Source: Eubacteriales bacterium (GTDB taxonomy: Bacteria; Bacillota; Clostridia; Oscillospirales; CAG-272). From it: a stretch of DNA of 64,000 nucleotides. Under the pieces are notes generated by a model. The model saw only the letters and a program-made list of their open reading frames with translations. It was not told the DNA's origin and searched no databases. How positions within the stretch are numbered: the stretch's first letter is position 1; every line of letters starts with the position of its first letter. The stretch is taken from positions 109,996 through 173,995 of the forward strand of contig JAZUKN010000102.1 in assembly GCA_045643285.1 (NCBI GenBank). The letters are read 5' to 3'. A program made the position numbers and the translations under genes. Shown here piece by piece: positions 16,374 through 24,948 of this stretch.

Positions 16374-18218
16374 ATGACAAAAAAAGTAAAAACGAAAAAA
16401 GAGAAGAAAGAAAAAAAGAAAAAGCTCCCTCTCAAAAAAACGCTTGCAAACAATATCTTTGCTCTTCGAGTTTTATGGCTCGCCGCCCCTGTTTACATAT
16501 TTGTCTATCTCGGCTCATCGGTCATATACGGGATCCTCAATTTTTTGAGCGACACATATCTCCTCCGCGTGATCGTCAATAATGCCGAGAACGGTGTGGC
16601 GTGGCAGAAGACGGTCATATACATTGCCGTGATCGGAGCAGCTACCTTACTTACCGATTTGACTCTTGGCTGGTTTTTCAATGTCCAGTCCCCGAAATAC
16701 GATATTCGCATTTCATCTTATATCAAAGGACTGTTATATCGCAAGGCGGCAAAAGTCGAGCTTGCCTGTTACGAAACTCCGTCGTTCTTTGATAAATATG
16801 TCAAGGCGATGGACGAAGCGAACGAAAGAGTTAGAAAGGTCATGTACACTCTCGACGACCTTATTGCCCGTGTAGTCGCGCTGTTTGCAAACTCATTTTT
16901 GCTGTTTGTGATAGACCCGTGGCTGATACTGTTCGGACTTTTTCCTCTTGTACTCGGGATTTTCAGACGGATGCAGAACGTCGAAAGCCACAATTTTGAA
17001 ATGGCGAAAAAACCGATCGAGAGACGCCGTAACTACATCCGCCGCACATTCTATCTGAACGAATACGCAAAAGAAATGCGCGTCGGCGGCATATACCGCT
17101 GTATGCTTGAAAACTTCCGCGACAGCATAGACGATTTCCGTGCCGAAATGAAAAAGTACGGCTTCAAGATCGCCGCTCTCGATTATATACGGAGCATAGG
17201 GCTTGAAGTTGTGACCGTCCTCGGTGCGATGCTTTACGCGGCATGGCGTGCATCGAACGGTTACATAGGACTCGGAGACTGTCTCGTCGTGCTCGGCTCG
17301 ATCGGTACGATCTCGTTCTGCCTCAACAATCTTATACAGAATCTTGCAGAGTTCGGCGAACACGCGCTGTACCTTGAAGATGTGCGGTTTTTCCTCGAAT
17401 ATGAGCCGAAGATCACGTCCGGAGTTGACGCTAAACCCGCACACGCAGGAGACGTGAAGCTCGAAAAAGTCTCTTTCCGCTACGAAGGAAGCGAGACTGA
17501 CGCTCTGCACGACGTCAATATGACATGGAAGAGAGGAGAGAGGATCGCGCTCGTCGGCAAGAACGGCTCAGGGAAAACAACGCTTGTCAAGCTGCTTCTG
17601 CGACTATACGATCCTACCGACGGACAGGTGACGCTTGACGGAGAAGATATACGCTCACTTGATCTTGACTCGTGGCACGACAGCTTTGAGACTGTCTTCC
17701 AGGACTACAAGATGTTCGCCATGACCGTACACGACAATGTACTGCTCCGGGTGTCACAGGACAAAGATGCTGACAAAAAACGTGTGGAAGAAGCTCTCCG
17801 TCAGAGCGGCGCGTGGGACAAAATTTCCGGTCTTGAAAACAAAGCGGATACCATGCTGACACGCGAATTTGACGACAAAGGCACAAATCTGTCTGGCGGA
17901 GAAGCGCAGAAGGTTTCTCTTGCACGGGTGTTCGCGCATCCGACGCCGTTTGTGATCCTTGACGAGCCGTCGTCCGCACTCGATCCTATCGCAGAATACA
18001 CGATGTTTGAAAATATGATGCGTGCGACAGAGGGACGTAGCGTTATTTTCATCTCTCACCGCCTTTCGTCCGCTGCCCTCGCCGACAGAGTATTTCTTAT
18101 GGAAGACGGCACGATCACCGAGTCCGGAACGCACAAGGAACTCATGGAATTAAACGGTAAATATGCCGAAATGTTCAAAAGGCAGGCGGAAAACTATCTC
18201 GGAGGTGAGCAGATATGA
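16374..18218 (+). CDS. ABC transporter ATP-binding/permease fusion (type I exporter half-transporter)
   Basis: N-terminal 6-TM domain and C-terminal NBD (GKNGSGKTT, LSGGEAQKVSLAR, ILDEPSSALD). It has a Lys-rich N-terminal tail. Confidence 0.9.
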   Translation: MTKKVKTKKEKKEKKKKLPLKKTLANNIFALRVLWLAAPVYIFVYLGSSVIYGILNFLSDTYLLRVIVNNAENGVAWQKTVIYIAVIGAATLLTDLTLGWFFNVQSPKYDIRISSYIKGLLYRKAAKVELACYETPSFFDKYVKAMDEANERVRKVMYTLDDLIARVVALFANSFLLFVIDPWLILFGLFPLVLGIFRRMQNVESHNFEMAKKPIERRRNYIRRTFYLNEYAKEMRVGGIYRCMLENFRDSIDDFRAEMKKYGFKIAALDYIRSIGLEVVTVLGAMLYAAWRASNGYIGLGDCLVVLGSIGTISFCLNNLIQNLAEFGEHALYLEDVRFFLEYEPKITSGVDAKPAHAGDVKLEKVSFRYEGSETDALHDVNMTWKRGERIALVGKNGSGKTTLVKLLLRLYDPTDGQVTLDGEDIRSLDLDSWHDSFETVFQDYKMFAMTVHDNVLLRVSQDKDADKKRVEEALRQSGAWDKISGLENKADTMLTREFDDKGTNLSGGEAQKVSLARVFAHPTPFVILDEPSSALDPIAEYTMFENMMRATEGRSVIFISHRLSSAALADRVFLMEDGTITESGTHKELMELNGKYAEMFKRQAENYLGGEQI

Positions 18219-20089
18219 GTAAAGCAAAAGAAAAGCGAAAGCGTCAGAAGCTTTCATCCATTTTCGGAAACAACTTCTATATGCTCAAAAAAATATACCG
18301 CATGGTGCCGGAATATTTATTCTGGACTGTCATCAATATTTTTTGGTGGGCATTCGCACATTCAACAGACGGTATTTACACTTACTATATTCTTAACTCG
18401 GTCGGAAACGGCTCTCCTTTTATAAGGACCGCTAAAATAATCGGAATCCTTGCGCTCGTCAAACTTATTATTTACGGATCAGAAAAACTGTACGGATATA
18501 TAAAACATCCGCTGATCAAGCAAAAAGTTCATTTGAAAATGCACGAAGAACTGTTTTCGATTGCCCGCAGTGCCGATCTTGCCGCATTTGACGATCCCGA
18601 ATACTATAACGATTTCGTCTGGGCAATGAACGAGTCCGACACCCGTGCGCTCGGTGTCGTTGCGACGACCGAAAAGTTTTTCAATCACTTCCTTGCATTC
18701 GGAACACTGACGACTTTGCTGGTTTCCATTGATTACCGCATCGCTATATTGATCGTTGTGTCAGGTATTCTCAGTATGATACTGAGGCAGGCAGGAAACA
18801 AGGTTTGGTATGAGCAGAAAAAGAAGCAGAATCCGCTCTGGCGCAAGGACGCCTACATAAACCGCGTTTATCATCAGGCGGACTATGCAAAGGAGTTGCG
18901 GATCACGCACGCGAACGATCTCATAATGCGTGAGTTCGACGAAAACAACGAAAAACTCGAAGAAACCGCTACTCATTACGGCAAGCGGTATTTCATGATC
19001 TATAAAGTTTTCGGCTCGATACTGTCGGAAGCTACATACTTCGGGATCATGCTCTTTATGTTCTCGGAGCTGATGAACGGTAAAATCGAGATCGGCGGTT
19101 TTGCGGCGGCTGTTTCTGTAATATGGCAGGTGCGCTGGCTGTTTACCGATATGATAAACAGTCTGACCGAATACTCCGAGCATTCACTGTATATCGAAAA
19201 ATACCGTGAGTTCATCCGTCAGAAGCCGACTCTCTCCGGCGGAAAAATGATACCGTCGTCTTTTGATTCAATGGAAGTGCGCGACGTGTCGTTCTCATAC
19301 GAATTTACGAATCACGCGAGATACGAATATCACGACAAGGATGACGAAAAGCCGGAAGAAACGCCGATAAAAGAGGCACTGCGTCATATTGACCTGTCGA
19401 TCAGGCGCGGAGAGAAGATCGCATTCGTCGGCTACAATGGAGCCGGCAAAACAACGCTCATAAAACTCCTGCTCAGACTGTATGATCCGACTGACGGGGA
19501 AATACTCTATAATGGCAAACCGCTTCGGGATTATAACTCGGACGGGATGCGCTCAAAGATCGGTGTAGTATTCCAGGACTTCAAAATTTACGCGGCAAGT
19601 ATCGCCGAGAACGTTATTAACGGGATATATGACGAAAAATCGGACAAGGAGACCGTGCTGTCCGCCCTGCACGCCGCCGACTTTGACGATAAGCTGTCGT
19701 CACTGCCCGACGGTATCAATACTGTCCTGACACGCGAATTTGACGATAACGGAACAAATCTTTCCGGCGGCGAGGCGCAAAAAGTAGCTATAGCAAGAGT
19801 GTTTGCACACCCGTTTGAACTGATCATTATGGACGAGCCGTCATCCGCGCTTGACCCGATGGCTGAATATAACCTCAACCGCTCTATTATGGAGAATGCG
19901 GCGGACAGGACTGTGATTTTCATCTCTCACCGCCTGTCGACCACAAAAATGGCGGACAAGATATATATGCTTGACGGAGGCAGAATAATCGAATCCGGAA
20001 CGCACGATGAACTCATGGAGCAAAACGGCAAGTACGCCGAGATGTTCACGCTTCAAGCGGAGAAGTACAAGAAACAAGAGGAAGAATAA
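18215..20089 (+). CDS. ABC transporter ATP-binding/permease fusion (partner half-transporter)
   Basis: Same architecture (GYNGAGKTT, LSGGEAQKVAIAR, IMDEPSSALD). The start overlaps the upstream stop (ATGA), implying a heterodimer. Confidence 0.9.
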   Translation: MSKAKEKRKRQKLSSIFGNNFYMLKKIYRMVPEYLFWTVINIFWWAFAHSTDGIYTYYILNSVGNGSPFIRTAKIIGILALVKLIIYGSEKLYGYIKHPLIKQKVHLKMHEELFSIARSADLAAFDDPEYYNDFVWAMNESDTRALGVVATTEKFFNHFLAFGTLTTLLVSIDYRIAILIVVSGILSMILRQAGNKVWYEQKKKQNPLWRKDAYINRVYHQADYAKELRITHANDLIMREFDENNEKLEETATHYGKRYFMIYKVFGSILSEATYFGIMLFMFSELMNGKIEIGGFAAAVSVIWQVRWLFTDMINSLTEYSEHSLYIEKYREFIRQKPTLSGGKMIPSSFDSMEVRDVSFSYEFTNHARYEYHDKDDEKPEETPIKEALRHIDLSIRRGEKIAFVGYNGAGKTTLIKLLLRLYDPTDGEILYNGKPLRDYNSDGMRSKIGVVFQDFKIYAASIAENVINGIYDEKSDKETVLSALHAADFDDKLSSLPDGINTVLTREFDDNGTNLSGGEAQKVAIARVFAHPFELIIMDEPSSALDPMAEYNLNRSIMENAADRTVIFISHRLSTTKMADKIYMLDGGRIIESGTHDELMEQNGKYAEMFTLQAEKYKKQEEE

Positions 20090-20112
20090 TATCGGTAGCG
20101 GATAACATAATT

Positions 20113-20145
20113 AAAACGGCTGAGATTTTTGTCTCAGCCTTTTTT
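20113..20145. terminator. bidirectional intrinsic terminator
   Basis: Stem GGCTGAGA/TCTCAGCC flanked by A4 and T6. Confidence 0.8.
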
Positions 20146-20213
20146 GGTATTGATAAGTATGCCGTCGATTTCAGTATAAGTTAATCCGTTTTTCATTTAT
20201 TGTCCTTTCATTT

Positions 20214-20249
20214 TCGTGTTGTATTTTCGTGTTGTATATCGTGTTGTAT
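20214..20249. repeat. three tandem direct repeats TCGTGTTGTAT
   Basis: Exact 11-mers at 20214, 20227 and 20239, giving periods of 13 and 12 nt. Confidence 0.9.
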
Positions 20250-20332
20250 TTTACAGTTTAGTGAAAGAACAACGGCGGAGCACGGATGTAAAATTCGTGC
20301 TTTCTCATGTTGGATCACCTATATAAACAGAA

Positions 20333-20370
20333 AATCCGAACCCGTAATCCATTAGGATTAGGTTCGGATT
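20333..20370 (-). terminator. intrinsic terminator (minus strand)
   Basis: Hairpin AATCCGAACC..TAATCC-ATTA-GGATTA-GGTTCGGATT (10 + 6 bp). On the minus strand it runs into UUUUCUGUUU. Confidence 0.65.
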
Positions 20371-20379
20371 ATTCCTGTT

Positions 20380-20503
20380 TGGTGCGGGAAACGGGACTTG
20401 CTACGACGACTGCCGTCGTCTACACGCCCTCGCCCGCGCAAAACTGTCCACCGGACACTTTTGCTTCCGCGCCATTGGCGCTCCGGGCTGTTCAAGTCCC
20501 GTT
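20380..20503 (-). other. tRNA-Leu-derived structured element (3' fragment with encoded CCA; pseudogene, att scar or tRNA-like RNA)
   Basis: An 18-nt exact copy of the tRNA-Leu 3' end (20383-20400 = 20554-20571) plus a collinear CTACACGCCC. An 11-bp terminal inverted repeat is at 20390-20400/20493-20503. Three internal hairpins are present. It has no canonical cloverleaf. Confidence 0.5.
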
Positions 20504-20522
20504 AAATATTGCCATATAACAC

Positions 20523-20546
20523 AAAAAAGCACCATACGGTGCTTTT
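20523..20546 (-). terminator. intrinsic terminator after tRNA-Leu (hairpin is bidirectional)
   Basis: Stem GCACC/GGTGC with a 4-nt loop. There is U6 on the minus strand and U4 on the plus strand. Confidence 0.7.
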
Positions 20547-20553
20547 AGTGTTA

Positions 20554-20635
20554 TGCGGGAAACGGGACTTGAACCCGTACAGTGTGAACTACACGCCCCT
20601 CAAACGTGCGCGTCTGCCAGTTCCGCCACTCCCGC
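20554..20635 (-). tRNA. tRNA-Leu (anticodon GAG)
   Basis: Hand-folded. Acceptor GCGGGAG/TTCCCGC, anticodon stem CACGT/GCGTG, loop TTGAGGG, long variable arm, T arm ACGGG-TTCAAGT-CCCGT, discriminator A. CCA is not encoded. Confidence 0.85.
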
Positions 20636-20670
20636 AGGAGACATGACCGAAGTCCCTGTCAACATTGAAC

Positions 20671-20699
20671 ATTATACCACGGTACTTCGGTTTTGTCAA
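20671..20699 (-). promoter_or_regulatory. consensus sigma-A promoter of tRNA-Leu
   Basis: Minus strand reads TTGACA, 17-nt spacer ending in TGg, TATAAT. Confidence 0.7.
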
Positions 20700-20734
20700 T
20701 AGGTTTCAGAGAATTATTTTTGTTTTTTCGATTT

Positions 20735-22030
20735 TTATTTCAGAGTCAGCTCAGGCTTTGCCGTACCGTCGACACAAGCCTTTGTGATTTTCACGGATTT
20801 TACGTCTTTTCTTGACGGAATGTCGAACATGATGTCAGTCATTATTTCTTCAAGAATAGATCTGAGTCCACGTGCACCCGTGTTACGCTCTATCGCTTTT
20901 TCGGCGACCGCACGCATCGCTTCGTCCGTAAATTCAAGCTCGACTCCGTCCATTGAGAACAGCTTCTTATATTGTTTCGTGAGCGAATTTTTCGGCTCAC
21001 TCAGTATCCGGACAAGAGCATCGCAGTCGAGGTTTTCAAGTCCTACGATAACGGGCAGACGACCGACAAGCTCCGGTATCAAACCGAACTTGACAATGTC
21101 GTGCGCCGTAACGTCCTTGAAAACGCCGTCTTTGAGCTTTTCTTCTTTTTTCTTGATGTCACCGCGGAAGCCGATCGTCGATTGACCTTTTCTCGCTTCG
21201 ATTATCTTGTCAAGCGTGTCGAACGCGCCGCCGCAAATGAACAGTATGTTTTCTGTGTTTATCTGGATGAATTCCTGGTTCGGATGCTTTCTTCCGCCCT
21301 GCGGAGGTACGTTTGAGATCGTGCCTTCGAGGATCTTGAGCAGTGCCTGCTGTACGCCTTCTCCCGAAACATCGCGCGTTATCGAACGGTTCTCGCTTTT
21401 GCGCGAGATCTTGTCGATCTCGTCGATGTAGATGATTCCTCGCTCTGCAAGCTCGATATCATAATCCGCCGCCTGAATGAGACGGAGCAGGATGTTTTCA
21501 ACGTCCTCACCGACGTAGCCGGCTTCCGTAAGCGTTGTAGCGTCGGCTATCGCAAACGGTACCTGCAATGTTTTCGCAAGTGTCTGCGCGAGGAACGTTT
21601 TGCCGACGCCCGTAGGACCGATCAAGAGAACGTTGCTTTTCTGCAGCTCAACGTCGTCGATCGAATCGAACGCCGCGTCATTTTTCTTTCTGTTTTTGTC
21701 CTTTGCGGCTTTGTCGGAGTGCATTATCCGTTTGTAGTGGTTGTAGACCGCAACAGACAGCGCGATTTTCGCCTTGTCCTGCCCGATAATGTACTCGTCA
21801 AGCGTTGCTTTTATTTCTGCCGGAGTCTTAAGCGAATCCATTTTCAGCTCGTGCGCTTCTCTTGAGACTTCGCTGTTTTCATAGTCAAAGATCAGATCGT
21901 TGCACGCATCGACGCACTTGTCGCAGATATATAAGCCGGTAGGGGAGGGAATGAGGAATTCGACCTCATCTTCTCCCCGTCCGCAGAACGAACAGCCGTG
22001 CCTGCCGCGCATATTGTTGTTTGATGCCAT
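20735..22030 (-). CDS. clpX: ATP-dependent Clp protease ATP-binding subunit ClpX
   Basis: N-terminal zinc finger CSFCG...CDKC, Walker A GPTGVGKT. It lies downstream of clpP. Confidence 0.95.
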   Translation of the reverse strand: MASNNNMRGRHGCSFCGRGEDEVEFLIPSPTGLYICDKCVDACNDLIFDYENSEVSREAHELKMDSLKTPAEIKATLDEYIIGQDKAKIALSVAVYNHYKRIMHSDKAAKDKNRKKNDAAFDSIDDVELQKSNVLLIGPTGVGKTFLAQTLAKTLQVPFAIADATTLTEAGYVGEDVENILLRLIQAADYDIELAERGIIYIDEIDKISRKSENRSITRDVSGEGVQQALLKILEGTISNVPPQGGRKHPNQEFIQINTENILFICGGAFDTLDKIIEARKGQSTIGFRGDIKKKEEKLKDGVFKDVTAHDIVKFGLIPELVGRLPVIVGLENLDCDALVRILSEPKNSLTKQYKKLFSMDGVELEFTDEAMRAVAEKAIERNTGARGLRSILEEIMTDIMFDIPSRKDVKSVKITKACVDGTAKPELTLK

Positions 22031-22054
22031 AATGATACCTTTCAGTGTGTCAGA

Positions 22055-22639
22055 TTAACCGCGGTGTTCGATTACCTTGTCGATAAGACCGTATTCAAGT
22101 GCGGCGTCGGCTGTAAGCCAGTTGTCGCGCTCGGTATCGGCTGTGATGATCTCAATCGGCTTGCCCGTGTTCTTTGCGAGAATCGAGTTCAGACGCTCTT
22201 TAGTTCTGAGAATGTGTTCCGCCTGAATTTTTATGTCAGTTGCCTGACCTTGTGCGCCGCCGAGAGGCTGGTGGATCATTATTTCGCTGTTCGGAAGTGC
22301 GAGACGTTTGCCTTTTGCGCCGGACGAGAGCAGGAACGCGCCCATGGAAGCCGCCATACCTACGCAGATCGTCGATACGTCGCATTTGATGAAGTTCATT
22401 GTGTCATAGATAGCAAGACCTGCGGAAACAGAGCCGCCGGGGGAGTTGATATAAAGGCTGATGTCTGCGTCGGGGTCTTCCGATTCAAGATAGAGAAGCT
22501 GTGCAACGACGAGAGACGCCGTAACGTCGTTTACTTCGTCTGCGAGGAAGATGATTCTTTCGTTAAGGAGACGCGAATATATATCGTAGGAGCGTTCTCC
22601 GTGATTTGTCTGCTGTACTACCATTGGTACGAGTGCCAT
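22055..22639 (-). CDS. clpP: ATP-dependent Clp protease proteolytic subunit
   Basis: 194 aa with [11 protein letters not shown] and GMAASMGA motifs. SD AGGAGG is present. Confidence 0.95.
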   Translation of the reverse strand: MALVPMVVQQTNHGERSYDIYSRLLNERIIFLADEVNDVTASLVVAQLLYLESEDPDADISLYINSPGGSVSAGLAIYDTMNFIKCDVSTICVGMAASMGAFLLSSGAKGKRLALPNSEIMIHQPLGGAQGQATDIKIQAEHILRTKERLNSILAKNTGKPIEIITADTERDNWLTADAALEYGLIDKVIEHRG

Positions 22640-22794
22640 AGTGTTGTCCTCCTGTAATGTGTAAAAATGTTTCTGTGGATTGTTCGGCGCGCTCCGGCGG
22701 ATTATACTCGTTTTTCGGTTATTTTCCGGAAATAACGCGCATTTACCGAAAACCGCCGCAACGGGGAAAACCGAAGCAGCGGCTTATATATGTT

Positions 22795-24093
22795 TTATTT
22801 CTTTTCTTCCTTGACTTCGTTGATCTTCGCGTTCTCACGGACTGCATCCATAGCCTTCTTGACCTTGATGTCTTCCTTGATTGCGTCTGCTTCAACTGCT
22901 TCCTTTACCTTGTCAAGCTCCATGCCGTACTGTTCTGCGAGGCGCTTGTATTCGTCTTCGACTTCCTTGGCACCTGCCTTGACTTTTTCCGCGGAAGCGA
23001 TCTTTTCGAGTGCGAGACGGATCTTGACCTGCTTTTCGGCGTCGGGTCTCATCTGTTCTCTCAGTGAATCGAGCGTCATGCCTGTGTACTGGAAGTATGT
23101 CTTCATGTCAAGACCGTTCATACGGAGACGTGTGTCGTAGTCGCGTACCATGTTTTCGGTCTCATTTTCAAACATACATTCGGGGATCTTCGCGTCGAGC
23201 TTTTCAACGAGAGCGTTCATGAGAGCTTCGTCAACGAGGTTGTCGGAACGTTTTTTGTTTTCATCTTCGAGGCGCGTCTTAATATCTGCTTTATATTCAT
23301 CGAGCGTGTCGAATTCGGAAACGTCTTTTGCGAAGTCGTCGTCAAGAGCGGGAAGCTCCTGGAACTTGATTCCGTTCAGCTTGCACTTGAATGTTGCATC
23401 TTTGCCTTTGAGTTCTTCTGCGTGGTAGTCTTCCGGGAACTTGACGTTTACGTCAAATTCGTCACCGATCTTGTGACCGACGATCTGATCTTCAAATCCG
23501 GGGATGAACTGACCGGAGCCGAGCTTGAGGGAGTGACCTTCGCTCTTGCCGCCGTCGAACTGCTTGCCGTCAACATAACCGTCGAAGTCGATGTTTACGA
23601 GGTCTTCGAGCTGTGCTGCGCGGTCGTCGATGTCTATCATTCTGGAGTTACGTGTCTGAACTCTCTTGAGCTCTTCGAGAATATCGTCCTCTGTTACGTC
23701 GTAAACAGGGCGGTCAACTTCGATTCCGAAGTAATCAGCGATCTTTACTGTAGGCTTTGTGAAGAATGTAGCGGAAAGAACAACGCCGTTTTCGTCGATC
23801 GAAACGATGTCGAATTCGGGACGGCTTACAACAGTCTTCTTGACTTCCTTGATAACTTCCGGATAAACCTCGGGAATGAGGTCGTTTACTGCGTCTTCGT
23901 AGAAAACGCCTTTGCCGTACATTCTCTCAACGATAGAACGGGGAGCTTTGCCCTTGCGGAAGCCGGGAATTGTGATGTTCTTCGACGCATTTTTGAAGAC
24001 CTTGTTTATTGCGGCTTCAAATCTTTCCTTGTCGATGTCGAATGTGATTTTTGTCTGGTTCTGTGCGATTGTTTCCTGTGATTTCAGCGCCAT
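22795..24093 (-). CDS. tig: trigger factor
   Basis: PGFRKGKAPR motif plus an FKBP domain. I moved the start to the internal ATG at 24093, which has SD AAGGAGA. The track's longer start would overlap the promoter. Confidence 0.9.
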   Translation of the reverse strand: MALKSQETIAQNQTKITFDIDKERFEAAINKVFKNASKNITIPGFRKGKAPRSIVERMYGKGVFYEDAVNDLIPEVYPEVIKEVKKTVVSRPEFDIVSIDENGVVLSATFFTKPTVKIADYFGIEVDRPVYDVTEDDILEELKRVQTRNSRMIDIDDRAAQLEDLVNIDFDGYVDGKQFDGGKSEGHSLKLGSGQFIPGFEDQIVGHKIGDEFDVNVKFPEDYHAEELKGKDATFKCKLNGIKFQELPALDDDFAKDVSEFDTLDEYKADIKTRLEDENKKRSDNLVDEALMNALVEKLDAKIPECMFENETENMVRDYDTRLRMNGLDMKTYFQYTGMTLDSLREQMRPDAEKQVKIRLALEKIASAEKVKAGAKEVEDEYKRLAEQYGMELDKVKEAVEADAIKEDIKVKKAMDAVRENAKINEVKEEKK

Positions 24094-24148
24094 TTTATGA
24101 TTCTCCTTGGTGTTTATATAACAAAAAATTATTTCACATACGTAGTAT

Positions 24149-24177
24149 ATTTTACCGTCATTTGACTGATTTGTCAA
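24149..24177 (-). promoter_or_regulatory. sigma-A-type promoter of tig-clpP-clpX
   Basis: Minus strand reads TTGACA, 17-nt spacer, TAAAAT. Confidence 0.55.
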
Positions 24178-24227
24178 GCGTTATCGTGAAATTTTTCACT
24201 CACTTGGAATAATTTTCGGCGAAAATC

Positions 24228-24947
24228 TCACAAAAATATCCTCTCGGGTGTAAAGTTCACATAATCAGCCGAAACGAGCGACATTTTTACGCCGTCCCTT
24301 TCAACAGTCGACGGAACATAGTAGTCTCCGTGGATGTGCCCGTAATAAACGCGCGCGACATTGTTCTCCGAGAGAATTTTCAGTATCGGCTCACAGACAA
24401 AGTCCCGGTAAACCGGCGGAAAGTGAAGAAAAACTACTGTAGGCAGGTCTTTTCCGTTTTTCAGTTTTTCGCCGTCTTCGAGAGACTTAGAGAGCCGCTC
24501 GCATTCACGGTTCACGAGCTTCGAGTAGTCTGTCGCAAAGGCATCCGCCTGCATTGATTCTTCGATGAACCAGCCGCGCGAGCCGCAAATCACCGTGTTT
24601 TCGATGAGAAACGCATTGTTGTGCAGAAAGCTGACATTCCCGACTCCCGTTTCGGCGAGAAACTCGTTCATCTTAGTCACCGACGACCACCAGTAGTCGT
24701 GATTGCCCTTAGATAAAATCTTTTTTCCGGGCAGGGAAGCGAGAAAGAGAAAATCTTCCCGTGTTTCTGTGAGTGTCAGCGCCCACGAAAAGTCGCCGGG
24801 CATTATAACGGTGTCGTCGTCCGTTACAAGAGCCGACCACCGTTTTTTTATCTTTTCTGTGTGATCCTGCCACCGTCCGCCGAATTTGTTCATCGGTTTG
24901 TCGCATCCGAGAGACAGGTGCAGATCTGAAATCGTGTACAGTGCCAT
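24228..24947 (-). CDS. metallophosphoesterase family protein
   Basis: Motifs ISDLHLS, GDFSW, GNHDYW and GHIH. The start was set to the ATG at 24947, directly after the thrC stop. Confidence 0.8.
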   Translation of the reverse strand: MALYTISDLHLSLGCDKPMNKFGGRWQDHTEKIKKRWSALVTDDDTVIMPGDFSWALTLTETREDFLFLASLPGKKILSKGNHDYWWSSVTKMNEFLAETGVGNVSFLHNNAFLIENTVICGSRGWFIEESMQADAFATDYSKLVNRECERLSKSLEDGEKLKNGKDLPTVVFLHFPPVYRDFVCEPILKILSENNVARVYYGHIHGDYYVPSTVERDGVKMSLVSADYVNFTPERIFL

Positions 24948-24948
24948 T

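Noticed and set aside
20214-20249. Possible CRISPR array (also considered for 50795-50869)
   Set aside because: The repeats are only 8-11 nt with spacers of 1-17 nt, and there are no cas genes. This is not CRISPR architecture.
20307-20519. 70-aa plus-strand ORF
   Set aside because: It lies over the terminator hairpin and the tRNA-like element, has no SD, and its composition is driven by the RNA structure.
20333-20700. Integrated mobile element at tRNA-Leu
   Set aside because: Only about 150 nt separate the two copies of the tRNA 3' end, and the window has no integrase or phage genes. At most it is a scar, which is reported as a finding.
22795-24177. Long N-terminal extensions given by the ORF track for tig (and similarly for mreB, potA, potD, rpsT, lepB, the metallophosphoesterase, the ligase, the kinase and the SBP)
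   Set aside because: Internal ATGs have proper SDs and match conserved protein N-termini. The extensions overlap promoters, terminators or upstream genes.
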